Origin: Amoebophrya sp. A120
Lineage: Eukaryota > Protista > Dinoflagellata
DNA length: 64,000 bases
Assembly: GCA_905178155.1 (NCBI GenBank)
Contig: CAJINV010000002.1
Location: forward strand, 1,981,216-2,045,215
Reading direction: 5' to 3'
The notes beneath the pieces were generated by a model. The model was not told where the DNA came from and made no database searches. It saw only the letters and a program-made list of their open reading frames with translations. Positions 37,401 through 49,738 of this stretch are shown piece by piece; within the stretch, counting starts at the first letter, position 1, and every line of letters starts with the position of its first letter. The position numbers and the translations under genes are program-made.

Positions 37401-39552
37401 TCTTAGTCATGCTCATGCACAGTCAACATGCATGACAAACTCATTTTTAATTTTATGAAATCCAAATACTCCTCCGTCAATTTCGTCGCCACGGTTTTCA
37501 TTTTCTCCCTGACAATCTCCCTCGTCAATTCCTGGGCTGAATCGGGTAAGTGCTGCAACGGTTCAAAAAACGTCACATCCCGCTTGATCAGATCCTCCGT
37601 AACATCCTCCGCCCCGGGAAGGCTGTTCGGATCGTAGGTTTGGTTCTGATTCTGCTTCTGCCGGAGGTTGGAGAGGTCCTTGAGGTAGGCGCGGAGGGTG
37701 TCAAAGCGCTGCTTTAAGCGGTCCTCCTTTTTCCCGGTGGGGTTGTCGCTGCTGGGATCGGCGGTGGCCTGTAGGTATCGTAGTACGTCATGTAAGATTC
37801 ATTCATTGTTCACAAAGGTCGATGGAACTACATTGGAAAATTTTGTCATGCGGGCTAGAAAGCACTCGCCGACTTTGTCATGCGTCAGCACATCAAAAAT
37901 ACAGCTTAGCTAGTACTACCTTCTTCGACCCACTCCTGCTCGTCACGGCGCTCCCGCCCTCTTCTTCCTTCCTATCGTCCTTTTTCCCCGCTGAGGACGA
38001 CGCTAAGTGCAGCAAATCCAACACCACATGATTCGTCGACGACAGCGTCAAGTTCTGCAGCCAAAACGCGAAGTCATCCCCCTGAAAGTGGTGCATGTTG
38101 AGAATCCCTTCCAACACGATCCGGAGAACCGTGTCCTGCAACCTGCTCGTTAAATATTCCTGGTGCTTGCTGTTCACAAGAGAGGAGCTCATGCTCCCAT
38201 CCAAACCAGCACCGTCGTCGGTCCCAGAAAAGGCCGAGGTGATGGATTGATTGTGGTTGTTGGCGCCAAACGCGAGCAGTCCTCCGAAATTGTCGTTCAG
38301 AAACAAACTGTCCTCCTGCAACAACTGCGAAGATTTCGTAAAGCCACGGAGCTCCGAAGCCCGCACGTTGTAGTTGTTCATCGGATTGCTTTGTCCCAAA
38401 CCTCCAGCACTGGAAGATGAACTACTACTGCTCGACGAAGAACCTGGTCCAGCCGTATCCAACGCAAACATGTCTGGGTCTGGAAGATGTCATACATATC
38501 TTGCACGACACATGACGCCTGTAGTGCATGACTTAGCATCACAGATTTTTGGAAGGGTTCCTGATGCGTATTCCGCATGACAAACGCCCTCTCCGCGCAG
38601 CACAATCTGGGCCCCTCTTGCTGGTCATCGCAATACAGATTTCTTATTCTTTAGAATCGAGAGACAGCATGACAAGTTTGGATCCTGCTACTTCCAGACC
38701 CAAACACATTTGCATTGCATAACCCGGTGCGCCATACGAATTCGCCCGTTGCTTCATGGCTTGATTGTGGTTCGCCGCGGCCGTTCCCCTCTCCAACGGG
38801 ACTAGTTTCGGTAGGAGAATGGAGTGCTCCGCGAGAATTTTGGAAGCCGCGTCTTCCGCTTCGATCGAGTGCTCAATCTGGTCGAAGCGAAAGGGGGAGA
38901 CCTGGTAGTGCATGCCTGATTTGTTTGTTTGTGGTTTTGCTCTAATTTTCATCGTGCCTGCTGCAGATGATGACAAACCCTGATGTTGTTCCACCAAATC
39001 TTGTGACGAAATTCCGGAGGTCGACTCGTAGCTGATCGTGCTGATGCTGTGGTGGTTTGGCTGTTGTTGAAACATCACCGAAGATTCCTCGACAATGTCC
39101 TGCTCCGGAACTTCCAAAACCGGCGAAGCGGCAACCTGTTCTGCAAAGGTTACGGTTGTTTGCTGCTGCAGTGGAACTTGTGATGCTGCGATCGCATTAT
39201 TTCCACCAAGCGAGACAGACGAGGATTTTCGGCTCGTCGGTACAGAATTGCCTCTGGACGGACCGGTTGAGGAAGAGGAGGATGAGCCACCCTGTGCAAC
39301 AACAGCGGCGGAAATCGGCCCAGCATTTGGTTTCGTTTTCGACGCAGGTTTCTTTGCAGCGGTGAACTGCCACTGCCCGACGTTCTCCTTTTTGCTTGTT
39401 TGTTCTACTCCACCACCGGCGGAAGTTGTACTAGCTCCTCCTGCCTCTGCAGGCTGTATTGCGCCGTTGGAAGGCTTCCTCCCCAGAGCGTCCGTGAGGG
39501 AAGGAGGGTGGCGAACGCCAGCGAAACCGGGGGGCTGTTGGGGGAAGGACAT
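34445..39552 (-). CDS. Gene E, 8-exon coiled-coil hypothetical protein (MSFPQQPPGF...)
   Basis: Frame is continuous after removing TIR elements at 38456, 36995 and 36609 and GT-AG introns 37769-37919, 37324-37469, 36337-36433 and 36095-36246; long heptad-like stretch. Confidence 0.8.
36095..36246 (-). other. Canonical GT-AG intron
   Basis: gtaaga...ctatcag; restores the frame. Confidence 0.75.
36337..36433 (-). other. Canonical GT-AG intron with tgtcatgc motifs
   Basis: gtatga...ctatcag; restores the frame. Confidence 0.75.
36609..36876. mobile_element. Introner, family 1 (opposite orientation to 9146-9410)
   Basis: TIR tatcaa.tgtaaaaatgtctg; perfect TSD ccgaa. Confidence 0.95.
36995..37149. 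mobile_element. Introner, family 8
   Basis: tatgcaacacaaatttcccgc...ctgtggata; homologous to 30569-30718; TSD tcgtg/tcata; frame restored. Confidence 0.75.
37324..37469 (-). other. Canonical GT-AG intron with introner-type motifs
   Basis: gtattt...aaatcag; restores the frame (...TEDYTQRM...). Confidence 0.7.
37769..37919 (-). other. Canonical GT-AG intron with residual inverted ends
   Basis: gtagtac...gtactac...ctacag; internal ttgtcatgcg twice; restores the frame. Confidence 0.7.
38456..38721. mobile_element. Introner, family 1
   Basis: tatccaacgcaaacatgtctgggtctgga...tccagacccaaacacatttgcattgcata; TSD agccg/acccg. Confidence 0.9.
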
Positions 39553-39949
39553 TTTGATTTACCTATTTGTAGTTTCCTCTTGCTGCCACCGGCTTCTAGG
39601 TACAGGCGTTGCAAATCGCCGAAATAGCAAGCAGCTGTCTGAGATTTATTTTGATTTTCAGTGAAGCGCGCTAGCACATCAGGAGCCTGCGGAGCATTTA
39701 TGCCGCATGGGTGGTCAAACTCAAGCTCTCTGAGACAGATGTGGCACAACAACCCAACGACGTACGGACCAATACAAGCATGCGCCTGCTGCCAGTGCGC
39801 CGACTGCGAGTTTCTCCTCCAATGGAATGCGCTTTATGGATGGAGTAGGGGAGCTACAACAGCTAGCACAACCTCAAACACAAAGGCAGGCTGAAACCTG
39901 TTGGAGGTCTACACTGCACTACCTAGAACTCTGTGCAGCGGCAGGCAAG

Positions 39950-41850
39950 CATACTCACGGCTGCCTGGGGCCTGTGCCCCGGCCGCCACCAACAGAGCCG
40001 GGCGCAGCGGCATGCGCCTGTTCTTTGTTTGCTATACAGGCAACGCGGGCAACATCAGGCGCCCTGATCGAGTTTACACGCGCGGGCAGATAGAAAGACT
40101 GACTCGCGCCACCCACGGCGCACTGACATGCGCCACACACGAAAACCGCATACAAATCGGGGCGCCGCCGTATAAATCAATCTCGCACGCTCGCGCAGAT
40201 TCTAGGCGCGGCAGGGTGCGCCCCCTGGGCGACCCCATCAGAAGAAAGTAGCCGGGCGGCCGGCCCGCCACACAGCCGGGCGGACTGGGTAGAAATAAAA
40301 GCCCCGGGCCAGGCAGGGGGCTTCCGACACACCAAACCGCTACGGGCGCACGTGCGCGCGCCCGGGCGGGGTCGGGCGATGGGGGAGGGGTCGGCCCGCC
40401 GCGTTCTTTTTCGGCCGGGCTGCTCGGCTTCCGCGCCTGCCTCATTATGTTGCCGAACGGCGGGCCCCCGCGTATTGGATTTCGTCTCCTCCATGCTTCT
40501 GCGCGCGGCCCCCCCGATCGGCCACGGCGGCGCGCTTGCTGGTCATGCCGGACCCCGCCAAGCCCCGCGAGCAGACGCCCGGCGGCGCGTGCCTCGACGC
40601 GCGCCGCCACAGGGCTGCCGCAGAGGCTAGCACCCGCTCTTGCCCAGCCAAGACAACAGCGCTACTTTCTCGCGCCGCGAAGCTAGCCGCCCCCGCCAAC
40701 AGGAGACATGTTCTGCGTGCCTGCAATTGGAAGTGATAGCTTGGATTAGCAGCTGCGCACATCGAGAAAATTCACCAGCCTCACTGTCGATATGAATGCA
40801 CTCCCTGACAAGCGCAACGCCTCCTCATCTCATGTCCACAACGCCAGCGTCACATCGTGGCAGGTAATACTCTCAGCTTCGTCACCAACAGTGTCTCAGC
40901 CGCTCTTTGGAAGGTCAGCTATTTCCTCTCTGGTGCGCTACCTAGCGCTCTCCAACAAGGTTAACGTAGGAAATGATCGAAAAACAACCCGCGAACAAGA
41001 CTCGCAAACCGAGAACGAGATCCTCGACAGCATAAGCCTCAGCTTACAATATGGCGCAAAAGGGCTTCGAAGAATTCGATTCCTGATCCTGGCGACAACG
41101 CTGGCCCACTATATACACTCTCGGTACTCTGGAGCAAGCTCCCCGACCAACCTTCACAGGCGGCGAAGGCAACTGCAGCGGCCCTGCCAGGGCAAGGACA
41201 ACCACAGCGCCAGCGATGACTGCTCTGTGCGGGAGCAGCGACTAGCCGCGGTCGCCGCAGCTTCTGTACATGCAGAGAGGCCACGATCAACATGCCGGTC
41301 GGGAGGGGCGTGAGCGGAAATAAAAACGCAACACCAGCTGAGGGGCGCCACTGGGGCCAAGATCGGGCCACTCTTAGAATGCGGGCGAGGTGGGGGGCAT
41401 CACGGAGCCACAACCCAACCCCTCGCGCCGGCTGGTGTTTTTCCAACCGAATCCGCGCAGGTGGCTGCGGGCGCCCGCACTTCTGGCGGCGGGGGCCGGC
41501 GCCGGCACCATCGAAACAGGGGCCGCGCCGGCCGGCGCGGTGAATAAGCTCGGGCGGGCCGCCGCCCATCGGCATGGCGCCAGCTGTGGCCGTCTTGCGG
41601 CGTCCGAGTCGGTCCGGAACATCGTCCAAGAGCCGCCCGCCCGGCCCGTGAGGCGTGGCCTGCAGTCGTGGGCGCAGAAGCGTCTTCGTCGCGCTGCGTT
41701 CTTCGCCCAAATCGCGCCGCCCGCTGTTGATTTTGTAAGGGACGGCGCCGGCAGCGCGAGCGCGCGCGGTGTGGGCGGCAACGTGGCATCCCCCGGCACT
41801 CTATCCGGCACACCGCCGCTGCCCTAACGAGCGCGCCGCCGCCGTCAAAT
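39950..41850. other. Two GC-rich intergenic islands (~39950-40740 and ~41150-41850)
   Basis: Abrupt composition shift; no credible ORF; boundaries approximate. Confidence 0.65.
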
Positions 41851-42456
41851 GCTTTTACATAAGTACTTCGGTCAGTTCGTTCAGTTGTCGCATTCTTATT
41901 GAAAATAGACAGGACTTGCACGACACACAGCGGTGGCCGCTCTCTGCACTCTTTATCTCAGCAGCCCAACTCCACCACCACGCAGTCGCAGCATCTCATC
42001 TTCTATCTTAGCAAATGCAAAACTCATAAGTACCCAACTGCTCGACGTCGCACTCACATTCTCAAACTCAAAATCTCATCACGACGACAACGAAACGTCG
42101 AAGCTGTCCTCGTTGAGAAAACGCCGACATCGAGAAATCCTGGTGATTATCCCATCAAACTCATCTTCTGCTTGAGCAGTGTCAAAACAGACTAGACACG
42201 GTTACGGCCCACAGGCACGAAAATGGCGAAGAACCGCAACAGCGATGGTGAACCAAACTTTCTCGACGTCCTAGTCAGGATTTGACTGCAAGTGGTCAAT
42301 ACCATGAAGATCCTCATAGTCAGGCCACGATGGGTGCTGGTGTAATCGACTGTGTCCTTTGGTTTTGTAGTTTTTCCTTCAGCCTAGCCTAAACCCCATT
42401 CATCCGAGCAAACAAAGTAGAGGCCAAAAAAGCTGCGCCTGCAGCCTTCACCGCTT

Positions 42457-45400
42457 CTACCCCACAACGACGTTCCCACCACCGCCCCTACTTCTCGTCA
42501 CGGACCTAGCCCGCTTCATGTTCTTAAGAATCTCATCTGCAGACGGCATTTCAATCGGCTTTTGTTTTCTCCACGCAGGAGGCTTCTTCGCTGTACCTCC
42601 TGCTCCCGGAGCTGTAGTTGACGTGTTTGTTGTTCTGGGCGACACATGATCCTGCTGTGCGGAAATCGCAACGCCGGCCGCTGAAGCCAGCACCGCAGAT
42701 TTGTCAACCACGTCAACCGCAAAATGTGGTTTTGGTCGTGGTTCTCTACTGGCAGCTGCTCGTCCCCTCTTCTTCGTGACAGAATCATCAAGTGGTGGTC
42801 CATCGCCTGCCATCACACCAGCACTCGTGTTCAAATTGTTGTTCATCCCCTTGACAACGTTCCCACCTCCGCCAAGAAGATGTTGAACTCCACCACCACC
42901 CCCATTCTGTTTAATCGCCCCGGTGAAAACCCTATTCGGTTCCCTACTCGGCAATCCCATCTCCTTCCGCATCTGTTTTTGCTTCTCAAACTCCTGGTAC
43001 GCTTTCAACGACTTCGGAAACGGACAAGTTTCGTCCTTGTCTTCCCGTAGGTATTCCGGAATTTCCTCCGGCTCACGGATGTCGGGCAGGATGAAATTCC
43101 CGTTTTGATTCACCACCGGTTCGATCCCCGAAGTGGACTCGTCGTCGTCGTCGGAAAAGTTGTTGTCAACATGCTGGACAGCATGTTGAACCTGTTTGGC
43201 CTTCTGCCTTTCTCTTCCTCGTGCAGAAACGGCATGATCCACCCCGTACTCCTCCTGTTCCTCGTACTGCAACAATTCTCCCAGTTCACAAGGCAGTGGC
43301 GGGGGCTTTTTCTGGTAATTTTGATGGTTATTCACTGCTCTGCTACTCGACGCGTTCGACCTCGCGCTGTGGATTCTGCTGTTGTTTTGGCTGTGAAGAT
43401 TTGATGTTCCGCCTGCTCGTAAAGGCACTGGCAGGACAGCTTTCTCGTGACTGCTGATATTCCGAAGATTCGTTCCCTGGATGAGGTTATCAAGTGCAAA
43501 AGTGTCTGGGTCTGGAAGACTGCACGTTTGTCATGCTTGTCTGGCATGACTCTTGAATCTGTCATGCGCGTTACGCAAGAGCTCCATTTTTCTGCCATGC
43601 GGAAACGCAGTTTGTCATACAGAATAGGCAACACTTAGAAGCTCAGAAACTTGTCATGCTGAGTCAGCACCTGTGGCCTCATCATGATACGCCACCCAGC
43701 ATCACAAGTTTCCAGACCCAGACATACTTGCTATGCATAGAGGTTTTTGTTCGAAATTTTGTTGCTCGGTTCTTGTCCACCACCACCCGCTCCCGCAACG
43801 ATCGCCCGGGCGGCTTGCTGGATTGCCCGTTTGTCTTTGTTATGCTGTTGGGGTGCGCCACCAGCACCGCTGCGGCCCGAGCTGGGACGACTTGAGACTG
43901 TGCTGTGGATATTAGTACCAGCCTGAAGCAGTTTCGATCTGGGCGTCGGCCGGTTACTGTAGGAGTTGGAAGTGTTGATGCTACTGAAGCTCTTTGGCTG
44001 GATTTGCTTCACAGGCTGAAGATTTTTGCTCGCTGGTGCAGGTGCCACAGGAGGAACAGCTTGTACAACGTCAGACGAGGTTCTCATCTTTTGCAAATCC
44101 TCCTCATCCAAGAACGGATTCACGGCACCGATGATCTCAAAATCGTCGCTTTGCTGGAAGAAAAGTTGGTCTTCTTCCTGATTTCTCCCGGAAATGTTCG
44201 TATTTACGACGACTTTCGTCACGTCTACTGGAAGATTCTCGGTCGGAGAGCGCGCTTTATTGTTGTTCAGCACGCGTGCAGGTGCACTAGGCCTTGCGTT
44301 TTGCTGCTTGTGCTGGTTATTTACGTTGTCGCGCATACGTGGCGCTGTTGCCCTGGCATTGGCGTACCGATCGCGACGAGCAGCAGGTGCTGCAGAAGAG
44401 CCGGTGGAAGCTGCAGAAACACCGTTCCCAGCTGTAGTAGACGACGTTGTTCCTGACACAGAAACAGAAACTCCCGGGGTCGAAAGAGGTTCGTATGCAT
44501 CAGCGTCGGCGTCCTCCTGACCACCAGCTGCATAAACACCTCCTCGTAGTTGCGACGAGCCTGCTTTCTGGTTTCCACCGCCTCCTGTTGTCAAATGCGA
44601 GTACTGTTTTCTGGCCCTCTTCAACCTTTCAATCCGTTCTTGTTCCTCCCGGTCTCTTCTCATCTTCTCTTCCCACTCCTGTTTCTGCTTCGTTTCCAAA
44701 ATTTCCCGCGACCGCTCGATTGCCAATCGCTGTGCTTCTGATAGTAATTCAGATTTCAAATTTCCCATCAATTCGTCCTGTTCTCGTTTCTGTTCCATTT
44801 CGATCAATTTCTGCTCCTTTTCCTGCTTCTGCTTCAGTTTCTGTTCCAACACTCTTTCCCGCGTTTTCTCCTGCAAAATTCTCGCTTTTTCCTCAAATTT
44901 CTCCTTCTGCAACTGCTCTTCCAGCTTTTCTTTTCTTTCCTTCTCCAGTTGCTCCTGCTTCTCCCGCTTTTTGCGTTCTAGGACTCTTTGCTTGGATTCC
45001 TGCTGGGTGGTGAGAACGATTCGGTCAGGGTCGTTGAGAGATTCCTTGCGGAGTCGGTCGAGTTCTAACTTTTCCTCCTCTTGCTGTTTCTGCTCCCGTT
45101 TCTGACGGTCGATGTCAAGAACCTGATTTGATTTTGATGTACGTGTAAGGAGCATTCGTATGCCGCATCAATTCAGCAACATCCCAATTTCGCATCACAA
45201 AGCTGAGGCCCATGCTGCAACCGCATGACAAACAGAATCACAATCATGATCATCTCTTTACCCTCTTCCGCGTCATCTCCTGTAACCGCACAACCTTCTC
45301 GTCTTCGATTTCGATCAGCGGTTGCTGCTGGTCTGCAATTGCAGCTCCGTTACTGTTGTGATGTGCCGGCATCGATGATGCGGTCATGCCCGTGCGGAAT

Positions 45401-46506
45401 GGAGGTTTATTCGAAGCCTGTTTACTCGCAAGAGTTGTATCTTGCTTTCTACTTCCAGAAGCCCCGCCGCCAACACCGGTCGCAACAGTGCTGCTAGAGG
45501 CGGTGGATCCACTGCGGTCCCTCGCACGAAGTGGCTCGGTGAACAAGCTGTCGTCGTCAGGATTGTCGTCTTCCTCTCCATGAAGACCATCTTCATCTGC
45601 ACCTCCCCCGGTGGGATAATTCACTCTGCTTTTGCTGGTTTTGCTACTTCCACCAGCCGAAGAAGACGGAGCCTTGGTCGCAGCACCATTTGAAGTCGCC
45701 CCACCTCCTCCTGCCACCAATAATTGTCCAGGTCTTTTCTTATTCCTTTTCTCCCTTTTCAATTCCTTTTCCAACTCTTTGATCTTTTCTAACTTCTCCT
45801 TATGCGCTTCCTCGGAAAACGGTTCGTCCACTTTTCCCACCTTGTGCTGCAAATTTGCGGGGAGGTAGTGATCCCCCTTCTTCAACGGGTTCGCCTTCTG
45901 TTTCAATTCGTTCGTGAAGGTATCGAGCGTCTGCGCCACTTCTCGGATGCTCAACGCGTTTGGGACGTGGAGGTTGGAGTCGTCTTCGTCGTAGCTGTCG
46001 TTAAAGTAGTTGTCATTTTGAGAAGCAAAACCAGTGTTGCTGCTGTCTCCGTCAAAAGAATTTTGCCCAGCACCTCCTGTGTCGAAAACACTATCGCTGT
46101 CCCCCGTTGGCGCCCGACTACGAGCTACAGGAGCTGCGGGTTTGCTTGTTCCCGGACCCGGAGGCCTCGTTGAAGAAGATGCTTTATTTCCACCTGCGTT
46201 GGTTTTCAATGGTTTTTTGCTTCCGCCAGTAGCTGCTGAAGCTGCTTTCGAAGGAGAACTTGTGTTCGATCGGGATGCAGCAGCCCCTGCGCCAGAAGCC
46301 TGCTTCCTACCGCCCGTCACGCCGGTGGAGGATACAATTTTCCTCACTGTTGGGGATGAAGTTGTACCAGAACCCGTCGTGCCGGACTGGTTTTTTTGTT
46401 GCCCCTCGAGCAATTCCCGTTCTGCCACGGTTGGAGACAGAGGTTTCTGCAGGAGCGCTTGCGCGCGCTCAAAGATGGAAAGGTCGATGTCGGGCATCAT
46501 TGTCAT
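42457..46506 (-). CDS. Gene F, 3-exon Glu/Lys/Gln coiled-coil hypothetical protein (MTMMPDIDLSIF...)
   Basis: ORFs 45250-46506, 43731-45155 and 42457-43428 join via GT-AG intron 45123-45261 and TIR element 43488-43739. Confidence 0.82.
43488..43739. mobile_element. Introner, family 1
   Basis: tatcaagtgcaaaagtgtctgggtctgga...tccagacccagacatacttgctatgcata; perfect TSD gaggt. Confidence 0.93.
45123..45261 (-). other. Canonical GT-AG intron with gcatcaca/gcatgaca motifs
   Basis: gtaaag...aaatcag; restores the frame. Confidence 0.78.
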
Positions 46507-47169
46507 TGTGAATTGAAATCATAGAACATACATAGAGATAGAGAGCCTTCCCGTGTTGAACGAAGGAACAGGTGGGCTAAGATACATGTAATTATGTCCT
46601 CCGTCGGGGCAGGTCGGGCACACGACTTCCTAGTACTTGTAAATACTCATCCTCAAGCGAGAACTAACGCCCTCACACTAGAGGCCCGAACGCGGTGCGT
46701 TATGGTTATGGAGACTGTGTGATGAGCACGAAACAACAACAAGCAGGAACAGGAAGAAGAGCCTCGTCCAAGTAATAAACAAAAAGCGGCGATGGAGTGC
46801 AAATAAAAGATCTGCAAATTTGAGAGGCGAGAAGCCGCTCAGCCGGTTGCCACTCATACTGTTCTCCTACAACGTCTGGACGTGTCGCTCTCGGTCTCAC
46901 ACTCAACTTAGCAAATGCATGGAGAATCAACTTAAAAAGGGGCTGTAGGTTTGCTCCAAATTATCCAATCGCCAACAATAACATGATGGCAACACGCTCA
47001 TCTCATCAAACCCTCAATCCGCGGCGAGCAAGAACATGGTAGGCCGAGCGCCTGCCAGCATTCAGTTGTAGTTGACGCGATCATTGCAAGCACACTGTAA
47101 CCCCAACTTCATCGGACAACTCACACCCCCAGGGGCGGCTGAGTTTACCAACCTTTCTCACCCTACTAG

Positions 47170-49210
47170 CGCAATGCGACGCCACACCCTGCGCAATCGA
47201 CGGCAGCTGGGGGAAACAAGCGAAAACGCCGGCGCGCCGGCCCGCACTTGGAAAAAGCGCGCCGAGGGGGAAGCACTCGGGCGCCAAGCATGCAACGTGT
47301 CCGGGCCGGCGATCCTGCGCTCCAACAAACGGAAAATGGGCGCCGTTCGCCGGCTATCATCAGAGAGGGAAAGAGCCAGCCCCACAGGGGTTCCGGTTCG
47401 TTCCGGGGGCTTTGCCGGTGCGCGACAGCCGCCGGAGATGGAAGGGCCCCCCGCGGGCCCGTCCCCCCGCGCGTAAGTTGGTCGGCCCGAAGGAAACACG
47501 GCCCGAAGGAAACACAGACAAAACGGCCCCGGGCCGGCGGGGCACGAGCTGGGCGGGGCCACCATCCACCGGGCCAACAGACGGCGCGAGCAAAGGGCGG
47601 GCGCGCGGGCCTTGTATGTCTGGGGGGCCAGTCGCCGCTGCATGTCCCAAAGCCCACTGTCGACCGCGCGGGCGCGCGCCGTCTGCGGCGCGCCCACCTA
47701 TCTGGCGACGGGCGGGCGCAGCCGCGTCGGCGGTGCGCGGGCCTCCTCGCGCCGTGCGTTTCTTTCCCGGTCGGCCGCGGGCGCGAGCCCTATCCCCCTT
47801 TGCCCGTCGTCAGCTGCCGCGGGCGGCAGGAACAATCGGGGCCCTAGGTAGCGCCAGATAACGCCGTCGCGCTCGCGCTTTGGCTTTGCGCATGCGCGCC
47901 CACCCATCGAACCCAATTGCGAGGGGCGCAACCGGGCTAAGTTTTGATGCTGTTTGCGTTAGTAGTCGTAATGCGTGCATGGTGGATGTTCAGAAAACAA
48001 CTCGGACGCAAGTCGCGCTCCGCCTCTCTTCCGCTCATCCCTCAGTGAGAATCCCTCCGCGTCCATGCTTCAGAATAAAGAGCGACTGCTGGTGGCATCC
48101 ATGCATCTTCACCTTCAGAACCATCGCGGCATATCTTCGCACGACTTCTTCTTGGCTGCAACAACTACAACAGGCTCCACAGCTTGTACAAACAACATCA
48201 ACAGCTAGTACAAGTCTAAGTCAGCTGCTTTGCCTGTAGTTGTATCTTCCTTTTGTCTCGGTCCCCAACCATCACGAGCAATACTACAATCCAAGCGAAC
48301 AAAACCTGCAGGCTCTTCTTCACCGACTACAAACACTGCGCCGACCACATACAAAACAACTGCAGATCGACGTGGCCATCAACGACGAATAACAATAACT
48401 AAGATCGAAAAACGATGCCCACTGGAAAAAACCAAGGCAAGCAGGGCGACACGAGGCTAGGGGACACACAAAGGGCCGAATCACCTCTGTGCGCCCCTCC
48501 CCGAAACAGATAGAAGCGGAGCTAAGCCACCACGGCCGTTGGTCCGGCCGCCGGGCCAACGCGTGTCTGCCACTGCGGAGTCTAAAATAAATGGGCACGA
48601 CCAACCTGCTGCTGGGCCTTATTACGGGGCGCGCGCCGGCGCACTTGCTTGACCGCGCTGCCGGCCGCACGAGCCCAGGCCCCCCCAATAAAAAGCGGCC
48701 CAGGGGCCAAGAACAGCACGAGCCCAGGGGCCCCCCCGTACGCATCGGGCGGGCGCCCGGGGTGGGCTACAAAACTGGGAGCCCGCGCCCGGCAAACGGC
48801 CGGCCGCTGGGGCGCCACCCGCTTCACACGTTACGGATTGCCGGCGAACATGTTGCCGGGGCTTCATCAGCTTCGTTGCCATTATGGGGGAGCCAAGTGG
48901 CGCGCGCTTTCCCTGATCTCCTTCGCCGTTTCTCTTCAGCGCAGAGCCTGGGCCCGCCGGCCCCTCTCAACAACAGTAACAGAGGAACACGCGCGCGCCA
49001 TGTTGTCGCGGCCCGACGCGATGCCGGCTACCCAGAAGGCTAGCGGGCCCGCGACGCGTACGGGCGGCGGCGTTTCGGAGAAAACTCTCTCCGACACGAG
49101 TCACCAGCGGCCCCCGCCCTTCTGCGCCCCGCCAGGTTTCATTCGACTGCCACAAGCTCAAAACCTGGGCCCATTGTATGTTGTTTGTATCTGCTTCCCG
49201 GCGGGCCATC
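47170..49210. other. Two GC-rich intergenic islands (~47170-47940 and ~48460-49210)
   Basis: Composition shift as at 32640-33780; boundaries approximate. Confidence 0.65.
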
Positions 49211-49738
49211 CACAATTCAAACAAATTTTCACATTTGCAACTCATACGCAACATGACATCCCTCAGCCCCATCCTCATCTCACTCCCAATCCAGAAGCTA
49301 GCGCTGCCTTTTGTCGCTACGCAAAACTAAAGAAAACGCGTCTACTCATTGCTGTGTGTAAGTACGAGATACACGACTTACGTCTTACTCACATCACACA
49401 CACGCATCACATCTGCAAAGACTTCCACTCCTACGACCAACGCGAACACGGAACTGCAGTTCTTCTTCTCCCACTTCAAGGTTCAGCAGGATCTTCGATA
49501 AATTGCAAACAACAGAAAAATGATTTGTACTGGGATGAAAAGCCACAAGAGTCTCGTTGTTTCTTGATGGCATTGCTAGAATTTGATATCATAATCGCAA
49601 TCGGGGATTATCAGTGTGCGTATGACGGCAGTAACGTGCCCAACCCCTAACTTACCCATGGGGGATAAAAAAAAAAATTTCGGTTTATCTTATATAGATA
49701 ATATAGATATTTATATAAGATACCTAGTTGAAATAGAT

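Noticed and set aside
9146-43739. Recurring peptides such as KCKNVWVW, PDPDIFTFD and CKSIVLV as a protein domain
   Set aside because: They are translations of introner TIRs.
47072-49650. GC-island ORFs including the 333-aa ORF at 48649
   Set aside because: Same compositional artefact; no recognisable domain.
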